Shown here in pieces: positions 1 through 1,912 of a stretch of DNA of 1,912 nt. The notes beneath the pieces are model-generated. The model was not told where the DNA came from. It searched no databases and worked only from the letters and a program-made list of their open reading frames with translations. Every line of letters starts with the position of its first letter. The stretch's first letter is position 1. The position numbers were made by a program, and so were the translations under genes. Source of the DNA: an uncultured virus (IMG/VR IMGVR_UViG_2049941000_000232) (taxonomy: Duplodnaviria > Heunggongvirae > Uroviricota > Caudoviricetes); the IMG/VR virus record IMGVR_UViG_2049941000_000232; one strand, 5' to 3'.

Positions 1-480
1 CTGGATACGGAGAATCCACTTCTGCTTGAATTCATTATTGTTGACATCTATCTCAGTCACATTGAATCTGGACTTGATAGGCGCAGGAATAACTCTTCCA
101 TTGTTAGCTGTAGCGAAGAATCTGACACCATTCGCATGTTCCATTACGCTTCGCAAGGCATTGAACGCTGCAGGAGTGAAGCCGTCGATCTCGTCAATAA
201 GCACTGCTCTGTTTTCGCTGCCGCCTACTGTATCGTAATCTATAAATGTCTGGATTGTATTGCGGACAGCATCCAATCCTCTAGCGTCTGATCCATTCAG
301 ATAAATGAAAGAGAAACCATTCTCTTTCAAATAAGCCTGGATAGTAGAAGACTTTCCTGTTCCTGGAGGTCCTATCACAAGATTATGAGAAGTACTTGTC
401 AGAGACTTTAGGGCAGAATCTGGCCAAAATGATTCAGTAAGCGCTTCAGGCTTATGTTTTGTTATTAGTAACTCTTTCAT
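1..480 (-). CDS. Clamp loader AAA+ ATPase subunit (T4 gp44-like / RFC small subunit family), 3'-partial (runs off the left edge)
   Basis: Hand translation from ATG at 480 gives 160 codons with no stop: MKELLITKHKPEALTESFWPDSALKSLTSTSHNLVIGPPGTGKSSTIQAYLKENGFSFIYLNGSDARGLDAVRNTIQTFIDYDTVGGSENRAVLIDEIDGFTPAAFNALRSVMEHANGVRFFATANNGRVIPAPIKSRFNVTEIDVNNNEFKQKWILRIQ. The RFC boxes occur in order: ITKHKP (cf. EKYRP), Walker A GPPGTGKS (349-372), LNGSDARG (277-300; cf. ELNASDERG and gp44 VNGSD), Walker B VLIDEID (184-204), ALRSVME, sensor-1 ATANN, and arginine finger IKSRF (SRF at 64-72; cf. SRC). An in-frame upstream ATG exists at 504. Confidence 0.93.
   Translation of the reverse strand, partial: MKELLITKHKPEALTESFWPDSALKSLTSTSHNLVIGPPGTGKSSTIQAYLKENGFSFIYLNGSDARGLDAVRNTIQTFIDYDTVGGSENRAVLIDEIDGFTPAAFNALRSVMEHANGVRFFATANNGRVIPAPIKSRFNVTEIDVNNNEFKQKWILRIQ
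306..329. repeat. Perfect 10-bp inverted repeat (hairpin) inside the clamp-loader CDS
   Basis: TGAAAGAGAA (306-315), loop ACCA, TTCTCTTTCA (320-329). The repeat is directly visible; its function is unknown. Confidence 0.75.
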
Positions 481-490
481 TTTTAATGAA

Positions 491-937
491 TTAAATGTTA
501 GCATGACCCCCTNNNNNNNNNNATACGTCAGACATCATAGGAGTGATGACGTCGAAATCACCTACCTTAGAAGGTTCGTCACGCATAAGCTTGACAAACT
601 TATGGAACGCTTTAGTGTAATCGTAATCCTTCGAAAGGTCCGTTGACTGTGCAGCATCTACAATAGCCTTGATATTGTCGTTAGTTGCGTCCCAGAACTC
701 GCATATTGCCATAAAGTACCAAAGAACATCTCCCAATTCATGAGATTTCTCTTCTTCTGATGCCTGTGCAAACTCTACAAGCTCATCTGCCATGCCGCAC
801 ATTGTATATTCAGCGTCATAGTGATCAGGCCATTTCTTACCTTCTCTAGTGAAGCGGCCATATGCTCTGAACGAATCAAGGTTGGCTATTGTGTTGGCTT
901 TAATGATCTCTTCTGCATCGCTGGCATCTGGCTTCTT
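491..937 (-). CDS. MazG-like nucleoside triphosphate pyrophosphohydrolase domain protein (both ends uncertain because of N gaps)
   Basis: The frame is open from 937 to 524 and contains YTMCGMADELVEFAQASEEEKSHELGDVLWYFMAICEFWD. This gives the ExxE (ELVE, 773-784) and ExxD (ELGD, 728-739) metal-binding motif of the all-alpha NTP-PPase/MazG superfamily, with the typical ELGDVLWY (716-739). The TAA at 491-493 is in frame only if the 513-522 gap preserves frame as written. The track's start at 961 lies across the 938-947 gap and is probably not real. Confidence 0.8.
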   Translation of the reverse strand, partial: KKPDASDAEEIIKANTIANLDSFRAYGRFTREGKKWPDHYDAEYTMCGMADELVEFAQASEEEKSHELGDVLWYFMAICEFWDATNDNIKAIVDAAQSTDLSKDYDYTKAFHKFVKLMRDEPSKVGDFDVITPMMSDVXXXXGGHANI

Positions 938-947
938 NNNNNNNNNN

Positions 948-1142
948 AGCGAACTCTTCATCTGTAAGCTCCTTGATGTTCTTAGCCAACAGATCCATAG
1001 GATAGCACATCACAAGATTGAACTTGCATTCGATAAGCTCTTTGACTGTGCTCATCTGTCTCGGAGTCACTTTTGTCATTGATTTTGCATTGGCACTAGT
1101 GAAAGCACATCTCAAACGTGAATCGATAGTGTTCTCTGCAGG
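948..1142 (-). CDS. Hypothetical coding segment, probably the N-terminal part of the MazG-like protein; start probably in the 1144-1391 gap
   Basis: The frame is stop-free for 65 codons from gap edge to gap edge: PAENTIDSRLRCAFTSANAKSMTKVTPRQMSTVKELIECKFNLVMCYPMDLLAKNIKELTDEEFA. It is on the same strand as the MazG segment and separated from it only by a 10-N placeholder. I recognise no motif in it. Confidence 0.6.
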
Positions 1143-1143
1143 A

Positions 1144-1391
1144 NNNNNNNNNNNNNNNNNNNNNNNNNNNNNNNNNNNNNNNNNNNNNNNNNNNNNNNNN
1201 NNNNNNNNNNNNNNNNNNNNNNNNNNNNNNNNNNNNNNNNNNNNNNNNNNNNNNNNNNNNNNNNNNNNNNNNNNNNNNNNNNNNNNNNNNNNNNNNNNNN
1301 NNNNNNNNNNNNNNNNNNNNNNNNNNNNNNNNNNNNNNNNNNNNNNNNNNNNNNNNNNNNNNNNNNNNNNNNNNNNNNNNNNNNNNNNNNN
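1144..1391. other. Assembly/scaffold gap (248 N) at the divergent junction between minus- and plus-strand genes
   Basis: Run of N. Three further gaps of exactly 10 N (513-522, 938-947, 1662-1671) look like fixed-length placeholders whose true length is unknown. Confidence 0.95.
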
Positions 1392-1912
1392 AGAGACGCT
1401 TTCGACGGTTTGGTATACCCAGCCAACATCACATCAATAGGAGAAATAGACATGACGAATCATGTGATCACTTCTAAAGCTGATTTCACTGAAGTATATA
1501 TCCATCTTCCTAACAGATTCGGTAATCCTCAAGCGTGTACACCACCAAAGCCTTTCATTATGAATGACCATAATGAAATAGATCTTGACATCACACACTA
1601 CAGCGGATTGCCTCAGAGCTTCAAGGAATATTGCTATGACGGCCGCGATTTCCAATTCAATNNNNNNNNNNTATGCAGAAAAATGATATAACATTTGCAT
1701 CTAACGGTATAATGTACGTTGCACCTACAGGTGTCCGTATCTTATCTAGATGCATAGCCAGCAGCGAATATAGCTGTACATTCAGATATTTCGCTACATT
1801 GGATATAGATACTGAGTCATTGAAGCAGGTCATAGCTAATATGACAGAGTCTGAGACAGAATATATCGGCAGCGACAAATCCATTGTGATGCAGACAAGA
1901 ACCGTTGAGTAA
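1392..1912 (+). CDS. Hypothetical protein, probably one gene interrupted by the 1662-1671 gap; possibly a phage virion-associated protein
   Basis: The frame is open 1392-1661 (RDAFDGLVYPANITSIGEIDMTNHVITSKADFTEVYIHLPNRFGNPQACTPPKPFIMNDHNEIDLDITHYSGLPQSFKEYCYDGRDFQFN) and again 1673-1912 (MQKNDITFASNGIMYVAPTGVRILSRCIASSEYSCTFRYFATLDIDTESLKQVIANMTESETEYIGSDKSIVMQTRTVE*), ending TAA at 1910-1912. The frame change coincides with the 10-N gap. The start is either in the large gap or at ATG 1452. The functional suggestion is inference only. Confidence 0.6.
1438..1454 (+). promoter_or_regulatory. Possible Shine-Dalgarno (TAGGAG) 8 nt upstream of in-frame ATG 1452
   Basis: The sequence reads TAGGAG-AAATAGAC-ATG. 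The frame is also open upstream to the gap, so this may be a chance product of Ile-Gly-Glu codons. Confidence 0.3.

Noticed and set aside
26..238. Plus-strand 70-aa ORF from the track
   Set aside because: Antisense shadow of the clamp-loader gene, which has the convincing motifs.
306..329. Hairpin as a rho-independent terminator
   Set aside because: The stem is AT-rich, the U-tract is short and interrupted, and it lies between Walker A and Walker B of an intact gene.
849..1082. Plus-strand 77-aa ORF with a signal-peptide-like hydrophobic stretch
   Set aside because: Antisense to the MazG-like gene and crosses an N gap. The hydrophobicity is expected from reverse-complemented Lys/Glu/Asp/Asn codons.
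1018..1453. ORFs 1018..1440 (+) and 1112..1453 (-)
   Set aside because: They consist mostly of X and are open only because N runs contain no stop codons.
938..1671. Apparent frameshifts at 938-947 and 1662-1671 (programmed frameshift or pseudogene?)
   Set aside because: Both coincide exactly with 10-N placeholder gaps, so they are best explained as assembly artefacts.
1434..1884. Minus-strand ORFs 1434..1700 and 1657..1884
   Set aside because: They lie antisense to a plus-strand frame that covers the entire segment and ends in a clean TAA, and they show no motifs. Treated as shadows, though the strand choice is not proven by homology.
1..1912. Alternative genetic code (TAG or TGA reassignment, as in some large phages)
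   Set aside because: No in-frame TAG or TGA interrupts any called coding segment, so the standard code is sufficient. The candidate stops are all TAA, so recoding cannot be tested here.
1..1912. CRISPR array, tRNA, tandem repeats, intron/intein or IS ends
   Set aside because: I saw no regularly spaced direct repeats, cloverleaf-like sequence or terminal inverted repeats. The clamp-loader motifs are contiguous, with no insertion after Walker A.

Overview
Gappy fragment (four N runs: 513-522, 938-947, 1144-1391, 1662-1671), probably from a large dsDNA phage with a T4-like replication module. The minus strand carries an apparently co-transcribed pair. One is a MazG-like NTP pyrophosphohydrolase (ExxE...ELGDVLWY) that appears to have an unexplained N-terminal extension. 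The other, just downstream, is a clamp-loader AAA+ ATPase (T4 gp44/RFC small-subunit type); it is missing from the ORF track because it runs off the left edge. Across the 248-N gap, a divergent plus-strand hypothetical gene is split by a 10-N gap and ends with TAA at 1910-1912. Most other track ORFs are antisense shadows or N artefacts. I see no RNA genes, CRISPR array or mobile element. The window does not establish a new system; the best leads are the extended MazG protein and its coupling, or possible fusion, to the clamp loader.
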